Shown here: piece by piece, positions 33,613 to 41,921 of the stretch
Position numbering within the stretch: position 1 is the first letter of the stretch
How the letters are laid out: each line of letters begins with the position of its first letter
Virus record (IMG/VR): IMGVR_UViG_3300031673_000151
Coordinates: 1 to 41,921 of that record
Length of the DNA stretch: 41,921 nt
DNA from: a virus
Taxonomy: Duplodnaviria; Caudoviricetes
Reading direction: 5' to 3' (one strand)
Position numbers and translations under genes: made by a program
The notes under the pieces: model-generated
The model's input: the letters and a program-made list of their open reading frames with translations, nothing else
What the model was told of the DNA's origin: nothing
Database searches by the model: none

Positions 33613-34280
33613 GCGAGCGGGCCGCCCAGCTTGATTTTAGGTAGCTGGCTTCGCGCCATTTCTCGAATCATCCGCTTGTATTCTTTTTCGCCATCCTGAT
33701 ATATTTCTGACGCTGCTGTATAGCGTCCGTATTTCATCATTGCCCGGTACACTGCGGCCATGTGGAACTCTGGCGGGTAGACCGGGGTATCGTCGTTGTC
33801 GGTCATGGTGGTGACGGACTTCTGATATTCCCCGGAAAGCACGTATATGTCGTTCGGCTTCGGGCCGAGTTTGATCGACTGGTCTGGCGCAATGGTGAAA
33901 TGGATTGGAACGCCGTCAGTCTGAGCACCGGTATTGTAGAGTTGATACCACGTCTCATAATCTATGTAGAACAACTCTGTTTCGCCAGAAACACCGGAAG
34001 AAGAAAGGTAAATCTTGAATGTTCCAATCAGCCATTCGCGCAAGTCCGTAATCGAGCAATCAGTAGCTGTGTATGAACCGTCTGATGCAACGGTGTTGAC
34101 CGTGAATGATCCGTTCATGAACAGCCAGTTATTGCACACGCGCTGAACGTCCTCGTCGGCAGTGGCCGCCCAGCTCACGATACGGCCAAGCTCACCGGTC
34201 TGGTTCGTAACTGTAGAAGGCCCGGTACCGGACCCTCCGACCTCTTGCCGTGTTCTGACCGCTATTTCGAGAAATGTCAC
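33609..34280 (-). CDS. head-tail adaptor / tail tubular protein A
   Basis: MTFLEI..R..QE start, GVPIHF...LGPKPND.Y and DDTP..P.EFH.A.VY.A motifs. Confidence 0.75.
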   Translation of the reverse strand: MTFLEIAVRTRQEVGGSGTGPSTVTNQTGELGRIVSWAATADEDVQRVCNNWLFMNGSFTVNTVASDGSYTATDCSITDLREWLIGTFKIYLSSSGVSGETELFYIDYETWYQLYNTGAQTDGVPIHFTIAPDQSIKLGPKPNDIYVLSGEYQKSVTTMTDNDDTPVYPPEFHMAAVYRAMMKYGRYTAASEIYQDGEKEYKRMIREMARSQLPKIKLGGPLA

Positions 34281-34294
34281 AGGTCAACTCCAAT

Positions 34295-34318
34295 AAAAAA
34301 GGCCCGCCGAAGCGAGCC
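34295..34318 (-). terminator. rho-independent terminator
   Basis: - strand GGCTCGC TTCG GCGGGCC TTTTTT. Confidence 0.75.
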
Positions 34319-34386
34319 ATAAACGTGATTTTGCGTTAAAGCGATTCATGGCAGCCGCCACGTGGTAGCGGCTGCGGTTAAGCGCC

Positions 34387-35799
34387 TTATGAGAATGCCG
34401 GGGTGCTGTCGGAAATAACAGTACCGTTAACGAACCATTCCGTGCCGTTGCTGTAGATTTCAACTACAGTACCGGCAATAGGCGTGGAGACAGTCATCGT
34501 CAAATGCGATGTGCCGTTCCCATAAACGCCGACTGGTGAGGCCACAGCGTTTGTGTCGATCCACGAAATCCCACCGTTGTAGAAGGATGGCGTAGTTGCG
34601 ACGATAACCCAGTTCTGCGCCTCAGTTGCGACTCCGCCCATGAAGAACTTGTAGCTCAACCCTGCGGCGATGACCGGAAGGTTGAGTGTAATGCTATTCG
34701 TCTGTTCGAGGATGATGTGGAGCTTGCCGCTATCTGCCGCCAAGACGGCGTAGGGGGTGGCATCAGCTATAAAAACTGGAGCCTGAACTACGGCACCGCC
34801 GATGGTGAGCGTGCTTCCCGCGCTACACGTTACGGCGCCGCCTGACTGAACCGTAAGCAACCCGCCTGTTGGCATTACCGTGTCAAGGTTCGCGTCAGAA
34901 GTCCATGTCTTGCTCGCCGCGAGCGTGCCCAAGGTGAAAATGTCGTTGTAATTCAGTTCGGCGGCGGATGCGGTAAGGCCGTCAAGGTCTTGCTCGGTAG
35001 GAGTGCCGACGATAGCCGCGTCACCGGTGACGTACCATTGCGTTGCGGATGTCGGGATAAACCACGCCGCGCGCGCCGGACCCATCGTGAAAACGCCTGT
35101 TCCTGCGGTCAACGAGTTGATCTGGTCGTTTCCGGCGTTGATCGGAGATACCTGAAGCACCAGTGTTTGGCTGGCGTTGACCACGTACACCGCGCGCCCA
35201 GCGGATGCTGCAGGAAGCGCAACGCCCTTGGCTGCACTATCGGTAGTTACGGCGTTGATCTGGTCGGAGATTTGGGTAAACGTCGATTGGCCTGAACCTG
35301 CCGCCGCGACAACCGCATTGGAGAAATCCACATAACCGCCATCGTTCATGCTGATGGTTGTAGCGGATAGCGTGGTGAACGCTTCGGTTGCCGCCACCCC
35401 GCCGACACGCAGGTAATCTCCGTCAACTTGACAGAAGTACAGCACGCCATCACCGGCAAGTTGCGTCACGCCGGTCGCCGTGGCAACGGAATCAATCGTT
35501 CCTGGAGTGGCTGCGTATACTTTCATGGCGTTTGTTACAGCAGAATTCTTGACGAAGTGGAACATGCCGATCTTGGGAAGCGGCAACGCCACGCCATCGC
35601 TTGCCGTGCCAACAGTAATGACGTTGTGAAACGAGCAGTCATCACGCAATACGGTAGCGCCGGCCTGTGTTTGCGTGGTTCCGGCAACAACCTCGGTGTC
35701 CTTGCCGGTAGGCAGCATCAAATCAAGGGCTTTTTGAATCTCCAGGGATGTGCGGTTGCTGGGAATGCTGTTGATAAAACGACGGATAGAGGATGACAT
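34387..35799 (-). CDS. virion structural protein (head fibre/decoration-like)
   Basis: 470 aa, Thr/Ala/Gly rich, repeated GVALP modules. Confidence 0.6.
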   Translation of the reverse strand: MSSSIRRFINSIPSNRTSLEIQKALDLMLPTGKDTEVVAGTTQTQAGATVLRDDCSFHNVITVGTASDGVALPLPKIGMFHFVKNSAVTNAMKVYAATPGTIDSVATATGVTQLAGDGVLYFCQVDGDYLRVGGVAATEAFTTLSATTISMNDGGYVDFSNAVVAAAGSGQSTFTQISDQINAVTTDSAAKGVALPAASAGRAVYVVNASQTLVLQVSPINAGNDQINSLTAGTGVFTMGPARAAWFIPTSATQWYVTGDAAIVGTPTEQDLDGLTASAAELNYNDIFTLGTLAASKTWTSDANLDTVMPTGGLLTVQSGGAVTCSAGSTLTIGGAVVQAPVFIADATPYAVLAADSGKLHIILEQTNSITLNLPVIAAGLSYKFFMGGVATEAQNWVIVATTPSFYNGGISWIDTNAVASPVGVYGNGTSHLTMTVSTPIAGTVVEIYSNGTEWFVNGTVISDSTPAFS

Positions 35800-35859
35800 T
35801 TTATTTTCCTTTTGAAAATTCGGGCAGAAAAGATTAACGACCCGTTTGCTGCAAAATGA

Positions 35860-36399
35860 TTAGGCCGGATCGGCAAGCACTTTTTCCCGCCACGCCGTGG
35901 CCTTCGTGCTTTGATTCGAGTCCCGTAGACATTCAAACTGGTAAAAAAACGTGTGATGCTGGGTTTGTAAGATCGTCATCGGATCTCTAGGGTGGGGTGT
36001 TTGCTTGAGAGTCGTCACCTTCGAATGAGCGAGAGCTTCAAACACAAAACGCGGGATGGTGTATTTCTTGCCACGCTCGAAAATATACTGAACCAGTTTG
36101 CCGCCACGACTTGGTACTCCTGGGATCATGTTGCCGTAGTTGTCCTTGGTCATTGGGCCAGTGATTCCGCCCGTCTGAACCGCGATTTCAACAGCCTTTG
36201 GAGCATTGGGGTCGCTGGTTTCCAGACAACGGATTTCCATCGGTTCGTTCATGAATTTTTCATCTTCAAGAACGCTTTTAACCATCGCATCTGCGGGCGC
36301 CACCAGAATGTCCGGGCCGCCTTGTACCGTAGAATTAATATCGAACGGAACGGAAGATGGCAAATCAACATCATGAGACGCTTGATTCTTCATTCTCAT
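35860..36399 (-). CDS. hypothetical head-region protein
   Basis: AAGGAG RBS; FMNEP.EI and RGKKY.IPR.V.EAL motifs. Confidence 0.7.
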   Translation of the reverse strand: MRMKNQASHDVDLPSSVPFDINSTVQGGPDILVAPADAMVKSVLEDEKFMNEPMEIRCLETSDPNAPKAVEIAVQTGGITGPMTKDNYGNMIPGVPSRGGKLVQYIFERGKKYTIPRFVFEALAHSKVTTLKQTPHPRDPMTILQTQHHTFFYQFECLRDSNQSTKATAWREKVLADPA

Positions 36400-36446
36400 T
36401 TGTTTTTTCTCCTTGAATTGCCGGGGACGAATCCCCGGCTGTTTGG

Positions 36447-36935
36447 TTACGCGAACGCGGTAACGGGTTGCTGAGGCAGAGTGGCGCAGTTAACCACCGT
36501 GCCGACGGTGACGCCGGTTTGATCCCAATTGCCAGTACCGAATAGGAACGCAGTTGCGTTTGCGTGGCGGATCGGAACATATGCGAAGGGACAGGCGTCG
36601 TACGGAATGGCAGGGAAGTCCAGCGCTGCGGCACCGTTAACCACGTCGGCATACTTCACAACCTTACCCTGGGATACATGCCAGGTGCCGTCAGAATTCC
36701 AGGTAAAGACGAACATGCTGCATTCGCCGTTTGCCAGGGAAACATAGGCATCGCCGGTCGTATCATCGGCGGTCAGCAGAGCTCCACCAGAGCAGGTGTC
36801 GCCGGTATAGAACTTGCCATCCAGGATGAAAGCCGGGTTGCTGGTGTAAGAGATAGTCTTTGCGGTTCCAGACAAGCCGGTAAGAACCGCGCTGGCCTGG
36901 GTGAATGTCATGCCGCGCATGTCGAGATTTTCCAT
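36447..36935 (-). CDS. putative capsid accessory protein
   Basis: AAGGAG RBS; downstream of the capsid gene and HNH gene. Confidence 0.65.
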   Translation of the reverse strand: MENLDMRGMTFTQASAVLTGLSGTAKTISYTSNPAFILDGKFYTGDTCSGGALLTADDTTGDAYVSLANGECSMFVFTWNSDGTWHVSQGKVVKYADVVNGAAALDFPAIPYDACPFAYVPIRHANATAFLFGTGNWDQTGVTVGTVVNCATLPQQPVTAFA

Positions 36936-36953
36936 ATTTGTAGCTCCTTGAAT

Positions 36954-36977
36954 AAAAAAACCGGGGATTTCCCCGGC
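36954..36977 (-). terminator. rho-independent terminator
   Basis: - strand GCCGGGG AAAT CCCCGG TTTTTTT. Confidence 0.75.
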
Positions 36978-36998
36978 ATTGGATTGAGTTGCTTGTTG

Positions 36999-37574
36999 CT
37001 ACTTGCTGTTTGGTTCCGGCCAAACATCGCCATGTATCGGCGGCTTCCCGTGGTGCATAAGCTGGTGTGATCTGCACGTACAAGCCAATAGGTTTTTGCG
37101 CCCATTGTTTTCCTTGTCTTCGTCTACATGGTGGACGTGAATTTCTTTCCGCAGGCATTTTTCCCCACCCACATCAATCAAAAACTTGTGGTTTGGGGCT
37201 TCTTCCCGCATCCATTCTTCCATCACCAACCGATGCTCAAACACGTACTTACCGGCCACCCTTCTGTACAGATAGCCACGGCTATGCTTCGACTCCCCAC
37301 CTTTCCAGTTGCTGTTATCAGCGCCAGATTTACCGGACGAGAAACCCCCTAGCTTCCATGCGCACTCACGAGAGCAAGTTTTCCTGCGCTCACTGTGCGC
37401 CGGATAGAACGAGAACGGCTTTCCGCAAACATGGCATTTCATTTGCGGAAGCGCTCCCGTTCGCTCCTTTGTCCAAAGCTTACCCTTGCAAGCCATCGAA
37501 CACGTTTTTGCAGTCTTTTCCCTGCAAGGTGGGACGCTAAACACGGAACCGCAAACAGCACAAATCTTTTCCAT
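36999..37574 (-). CDS. free-standing HNH homing endonuclease
   Basis: Two CxxCG..F...TCSxxC zinc modules, NSNWKGG, EHRLVME and VHHVDEDKENN...NL...H...H. Confidence 0.88.
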   Translation of the reverse strand: MEKICAVCGSVFSVPPCREKTAKTCSMACKGKLWTKERTGALPQMKCHVCGKPFSFYPAHSERRKTCSRECAWKLGGFSSGKSGADNSNWKGGESKHSRGYLYRRVAGKYVFEHRLVMEEWMREEAPNHKFLIDVGGEKCLRKEIHVHHVDEDKENNGRKNLLACTCRSHQLMHHGKPPIHGDVWPEPNSK

Positions 37575-37664
37575 ACAACCCCCATAAATAATTACTGAAT
37601 GAGAATTGTACCACAAATGGCTCCACGCGCAGGGCAGACAATAAGCGCTAAGTGTGTGTTTTCG

Positions 37665-38690
37665 TTACAATGATGTAGCTGCGTGCTCTATCCTTCTTAA
37701 CCAGAATTCATTAAGCCGCATGCAAAGGGTGTAGAAATCCACGCCGACATACCCGAACTGGGCCGCGAAGTTCATATGGTTACGCTCGCTGGCTGGGATC
37801 ACGAACGGAGTCATTGCGTCACGCCCTTTCAGAGGGACATGCCCATAAGCGCCATCAGCAACGATAACAGCGGCGTAAACGTCCGCATTCGCGGTGGTGT
37901 AGCGCATCCCATTGAGAGTTGCAGATCCGGCACCAAGCCACGGCTTCAGCATCGGGGTAAGAATGATGCGGAACCCTGGAACAGAACCGATTTCCATAGG
38001 GTGATACGGGGTAGCAGAGCCGTAGTCAATCACGTCCTTGAACCCCGGAAGGGCGCGGTAATCGTGCTCGCAATCGGTGTGGTCATAGCAAAGGAACGCA
38101 CGGCCAACGGCTTGGCTACCATACTCAACCCCGGCCTTGGATGCATTCACCACATTGGATGCGTGAGCAGCATTCAGAGCAGCTTTAGCGCTTTCCAGCG
38201 CATTCAGGCTGATAGGGCTATTGATGCCGGCGCGGGTCGAGCCGTTGGTGTAGCCAACACCGGTGCCGCCCTTGATCTGGTTCCAGACGATCATTTCCTT
38301 GATGGAACCGACACCCTCTGCCGCGGTTGCGCGCATGTCTTCAGGGATGTTGCGCTCGTTCATCAGTTCCGTTTTTTCGGTCGTCTTGTAGTAGACGCCG
38401 TACTTCGCCATGGTGCCGGTCACATCCTGGTATGAAATGGTGATAGGGGCCGGGTTGACGCCTTCCGACAGTTGGTAGCTGGTAGGAGTGACATTTATTC
38501 CGCCAGTGGTAGAGTCGTAACCAATTGGCAGCACACGGCTAAACAGGATGGTATCCGTTTTGTTTTGTGGCTGCGGGCGGGTTTTGCCGAACTTCGACAC
38601 GGCCAGAATCGGCTCCGCGTGTTCGATCAATTCCTGAACGACGTTGTACTGGTTGAGGGTTGATGCGTTTGCATCATTATAATATTGCAT
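37665..38690 (-). CDS. major capsid protein, N4-gp56 family
   Basis: HAEP..AVSKFG...P.NKTDTI.F.R, LSEGVNP, EIGSV and FGYVG motifs; follows the scaffold. Confidence 0.88.
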   Translation of the reverse strand: MQYYNDANASTLNQYNVVQELIEHAEPILAVSKFGKTRPQPQNKTDTILFSRVLPIGYDSTTGGINVTPTSYQLSEGVNPAPITISYQDVTGTMAKYGVYYKTTEKTELMNERNIPEDMRATAAEGVGSIKEMIVWNQIKGGTGVGYTNGSTRAGINSPISLNALESAKAALNAAHASNVVNASKAGVEYGSQAVGRAFLCYDHTDCEHDYRALPGFKDVIDYGSATPYHPMEIGSVPGFRIILTPMLKPWLGAGSATLNGMRYTTANADVYAAVIVADGAYGHVPLKGRDAMTPFVIPASERNHMNFAAQFGYVGVDFYTLCMRLNEFWLRRIEHAATSL

Positions 38691-38708
38691 GATGAATCTC
38701 CTTGTAGA

Positions 38709-39569
38709 TTATGTATAGGCTCGCTTTGCGCGATCCTTTTTGACTTTTTCCCACGCAGCGTCCACGGATAGATCAATATTTCCGACCGAGCTTCCTCGCC
38801 CCTGGATGCTGCTTCCTCTTGCTAGGCGTTCTTTGCGTTCGTTTTCAACTTGAGAAATTTGCGCCGCAGCCTTTTTATGATCGTCGAACCCGGCGAACAC
38901 TGAAGCCAGATCTCCAACATCGCGCGTATTCTCTGCCATTTCCCGAAACTCTGCCGGCTGCTCAGAAACCCACTTCTTGAATTCAGGCAATTCCCTCGTA
39001 CTCCACCAGCCAGGGACTTTTTGCGACATCGCAAGCAGCAGCTTTGCCTCTTCAAGCTCTTCCTTATCGGGGTTTACCGCTGGAGCCTGAGCTTCTTGCG
39101 CAGGTTTAACCCGCACATCGTCAACCGCCATCTCGACAAACTCGGCAAACTCTGGCGAGATATCGGATACCGCCTCGCGCACCTCAATACGACGCTGCTC
39201 CCGTTCTCTGGCTGCCGATTCTGCTGCCGCTCGTCTTGCGGTTTCTGCTGCCGAAATAATCGGTTCTACCTCTTTCAACTTGGCATGGCTCTCGTCAAGC
39301 CGTTGCTTTAGGTTCCCGATAACTCCGTTTGCTGTGCCGAATTTCCTGTCCAGGATTGCAAGTTGCTCGTTTGATTTCCTGACCTGCTCGTCAAGCCCTT
39401 GAATCAACTTGCGGGTAGGCTCTGGCAATGACGCCAGCGGATCATCCGCATTCGCCTCTTGAGGTTCGTTGTCGCTGCCCGATGCGGCTCTCGTCGCGCG
39501 GTCTTGCTCCACCTGTGCCCACAATTCATCTTCCGGCGTTGCTGCTACTTGTTCGGCGGTTTCTGCCAT
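38709..39569 (-). CDS. putative scaffolding protein
   Basis: Acidic coiled coil with EFKKWVSEQP; directly upstream of the capsid gene. Confidence 0.7.
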   Translation of the reverse strand: MAETAEQVAATPEDELWAQVEQDRATRAASGSDNEPQEANADDPLASLPEPTRKLIQGLDEQVRKSNEQLAILDRKFGTANGVIGNLKQRLDESHAKLKEVEPIISAAETARRAAAESAAREREQRRIEVREAVSDISPEFAEFVEMAVDDVRVKPAQEAQAPAVNPDKEELEEAKLLLAMSQKVPGWWSTRELPEFKKWVSEQPAEFREMAENTRDVGDLASVFAGFDDHKKAAAQISQVENERKERLARGSSIQGRGSSVGNIDLSVDAAWEKVKKDRAKRAYT

Positions 39570-39609
39570 TTCTCGTTGCTCCTTGCTAAATGCCGGCTCT
39601 CGTCAGCAT

Positions 39610-39630
39610 AAAAAAAGCACCCGAAGGTGC
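39610..39630 (-). terminator. rho-independent terminator
   Basis: - strand GCACC TTCG GGTGC TTTTTTT. Confidence 0.7.
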
Positions 39631-39647
39631 CAGTTAAAACTTGTTAT

Positions 39648-40001
39648 TTACGGGATAACCGGCCCGTCGTAGTCCCGTTTTCTAATCTCTCTGCACGGCT
39701 TGTCCATTTCCAGCATGTCGCGCAAGGTCTTGGCACGCGCTCGCAAGAATGCCGCCTTATCGCCTACCGCCGCTTCTAGACCGAGATGCACGGATATCAA
39801 CTCGCTCGCGCACCACCTCGACACGGCAGCCCACGTCAGCGACGATCTATCGACGGCACCAGGCTGTTTTGCCATTGATAGAAGATCTTCAGCGTCTTCG
39901 GATGGCGACTTGATCTTAGGAGGGGAAAACTCATCGCCGCCATCGTTTTGCAGCCACGGGACCTTTCCGCGCAAGCTTTTCAGTGCCTCTGCCATACTCA
40001 T
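39648..40001 (-). CDS. hypothetical protein
   Basis: ATGA overlap with the portal; S.TWAAV..W motif. Confidence 0.65.
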   Translation of the reverse strand: MSMAEALKSLRGKVPWLQNDGGDEFSPPKIKSPSEDAEDLLSMAKQPGAVDRSSLTWAAVSRWCASELISVHLGLEAAVGDKAAFLRARAKTLRDMLEMDKPCREIRKRDYDGPVIP

Positions 40002-41920
40002 TTACTAAAGCTCTCCCCTATAGGCGCTTTCCCGGCAGGTTCGATAGTTGGAGCCGTTGCCTGATTGCGCGCATTTACCAAATGGTTGGTTGCAGATAAT
40101 TCTTTCGTGACATTCAGTTTCATGCTGGTTTCAGCCAATCTCGCCTTGATGGCTTCCAACGACCGCCGTTCTGTGCTCGAAAGCTCTGCGCCAGCAAGCT
40201 GCTGGTCGATCATCGCCAGTATGATGGCGTTCTGGCGGTCTTTATCTGCCTCTTCGGCATCGAATTGATGCTGGGCAAGGGTCTTCTCGGCTTCAAACTG
40301 ATGCTGGGCTTGCGTCATCTCGCCTTTATGAACCGCTTGTTCGGCGGCCTCCTGCGCCTGCATTTGCTCTATCTGCCCACGACTTTGTGCCATAATCTTC
40401 GCGGCAGTAATGCGGGGATCTTCTGGTTGGAGCTGCTTCTTGCGCTCTTCCTCAATGGCGGCAATCTCTTCGTCTGTTTTCACAAACTCGTCTGGATCAA
40501 ACCTGCCGGCGCGAATCATCCGGCGCAGTAAGTCCCATTTCTTTATTCCGTGCGCGTATTCAGGGTTGTTCGCAACATTAATCAGACCGCCGACCATGCG
40601 ATTTTGAATCTCGGTATCCATCAGCGCAGACGATGCGCGCGCCTGAACCTCGAAATCGCCCTTTATCTCAGACTTCTCGTTGTACTGCATGTTCCAGTCC
40701 ACATAGCGCCCGATGTGCTGGATCGTCACCTGATCGTCAAAGCACTTAAGCTTTCGGCGCTGCATGATGGTTGCCTGGGTAATCAGGATGTTCATGCCGC
40801 CCAGTACGTCGGTTGCGCTGCCCTGCTCTCCCTGCATAATCTGCGGGATGGCCGTCTCGGCGTCCAGAAAATCCATGCCCATTTTGATGACGTTCTGAAA
40901 CTCGCCCTGATGCGCGGAAATCTCGTAGACCTGGAATGCCTTTTGAACATCGTCACCGTCGCCCATGTCATACCAGAGTTTCGTCCCGCGAATCTCATCA
41001 ACACCATCGGCTGCTTGAAGCGCGCCGTATTTCATCACTACCTGCGGCCCGCTGAATAGGCCCATGTTATCTAGCATGGTGCGCCAGCCTGAGGTAATAA
41101 CCCGTTGCATAGATAGCGCCAGCCACGCCGTTCCAACCCCGCACCACGAACCGGAAAGCTTGTTTGTCACAAAAAAGTCGTAGGGCATTTCCTCCGTGTC
41201 GAGGGATTCGATTTCTGCCTTAATTACCGTGTCGTTTATCATCACCACTACTGCGCTGTAGGATGTAAACAGGTCGTCGTCACTCGTGCCGCACTTGCAG
41301 CCAGCAGCTTCAAGCTCTTCCTTGGTCAGCTCTCCGTGATATTCCCACGCTTCATACACCGTTTCTTCGGTGACAACTGGCGCGGCTCCTGGTTTTTCTG
41401 CCGGACTTTCTGGCGACTTCGGCCCCTCTGTCAACACCTTGCGAATCTGGCTTTTCAGATAGCCATCAACCTGCGCATATCCGCGAATGTCCGCAGCCGT
41501 CACGCCAGGTATGCGCTCCCATATGGGGAATTTCTTGGGGTGTTCTCCGCACTCCGGGTGAGGGTAGATGTCCCATGGGTTGATACGTGCGCTTGTCGGC
41601 TTTGAGTCTGATAGCCGTTGCAGCACATGTACGGTGCGTTTCCCGTCGGAAATCGGCATCCACACCTTTTTTGTCCTGGTGGTGATTGCCGGCCCTTTGA
41701 TGATCCCGACCCCAAGCAATTCCTGGTCGAACATCACCTCGCGCACAACACCCTCATAACCGCATCCGCCAACCGATACATCGAGCTGGTCATCAATCTC
41801 GTCACGCATGGACTTGGCGCGCTTCTTGGCCTCTTCCATGTCCGTCTTTGCCACGTCGGCCACGGTAGCTTGGCGCTGATGTCCGTTATCGCCCATCATG
41901 ACCGGCTGGCCGTTGCGGGT
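39998..41920 (-). CDS. portal protein (5'-truncated by window edge)
   Basis: The frame stays open to the window end; LGVGIIKGP, INPWDIYP, WEYHGEL and DAETAIPQIMQGEQG motifs with a helical tail, as in podovirus portals. Confidence 0.85.
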   Translation of the reverse strand, partial: TRNGQPVMMGDNGHQRQATVADVAKTDMEEAKKRAKSMRDEIDDQLDVSVGGCGYEGVVREVMFDQELLGVGIIKGPAITTRTKKVWMPISDGKRTVHVLQRLSDSKPTSARINPWDIYPHPECGEHPKKFPIWERIPGVTAADIRGYAQVDGYLKSQIRKVLTEGPKSPESPAEKPGAAPVVTEETVYEAWEYHGELTKEELEAAGCKCGTSDDDLFTSYSAVVVMINDTVIKAEIESLDTEEMPYDFFVTNKLSGSWCGVGTAWLALSMQRVITSGWRTMLDNMGLFSGPQVVMKYGALQAADGVDEIRGTKLWYDMGDGDDVQKAFQVYEISAHQGEFQNVIKMGMDFLDAETAIPQIMQGEQGSATDVLGGMNILITQATIMQRRKLKCFDDQVTIQHIGRYVDWNMQYNEKSEIKGDFEVQARASSALMDTEIQNRMVGGLINVANNPEYAHGIKKWDLLRRMIRAGRFDPDEFVKTDEEIAAIEEERKKQLQPEDPRITAAKIMAQSRGQIEQMQAQEAAEQAVHKGEMTQAQHQFEAEKTLAQHQFDAEEADKDRQNAIILAMIDQQLAGAELSSTERRSLEAIKARLAETSMKLNVTKELSATNHLVNARNQATAPTIEPAGKAPIGESFSK

Positions 41921-41921
41921 C

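Noticed and set aside
1-41921. Integron integrase or phage integrase
   Set aside because: No ORF shows tyrosine-recombinase R-H-x-x-R/Y motifs. One may lie outside the window.
1-41921. tRNA, rRNA or alternative genetic code
   Set aside because: No cloverleaf or rRNA-like sequence was recognised by eye. Genes are densely packed and use all three stops under the standard code.

Overview
This window is about 42 kb of a temperate-type tailed phage or prophage, most likely podovirus-like; a betaproteobacterial host is my impression only. It has two convergent arms. The + strand arm (1-12.5 kb) is an early/recombination region: small accessory ORFs, Bet-like annealase, YqaJ exonuclease, NinB, NinG and a Q-like antiterminator. 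The - strand arm (41.9 to 12.5 kb) is the morphogenesis operon: partial portal, scaffold, N4-gp56-type major capsid, HNH endonuclease, adaptor and tail tube proteins, tail fibre, lysis cassette (M15 endolysin, holin, nested spanins), ejection proteins and a 2830-aa polyvalent protein. The most unusual element is at about 5050-7960. It is an integron-type gene cassette array inside the phage early operon, with five complete attC sites, one half site and an attI-like end. No integrase is present in the window. All attC sites are canonical on the - strand while all cassette ORFs read on the + strand. Each intact cassette's own two ends are complementary, which is the expected footprint of real IntI-type shuffling. 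All family assignments come from motif recognition by eye; no database searches were run.
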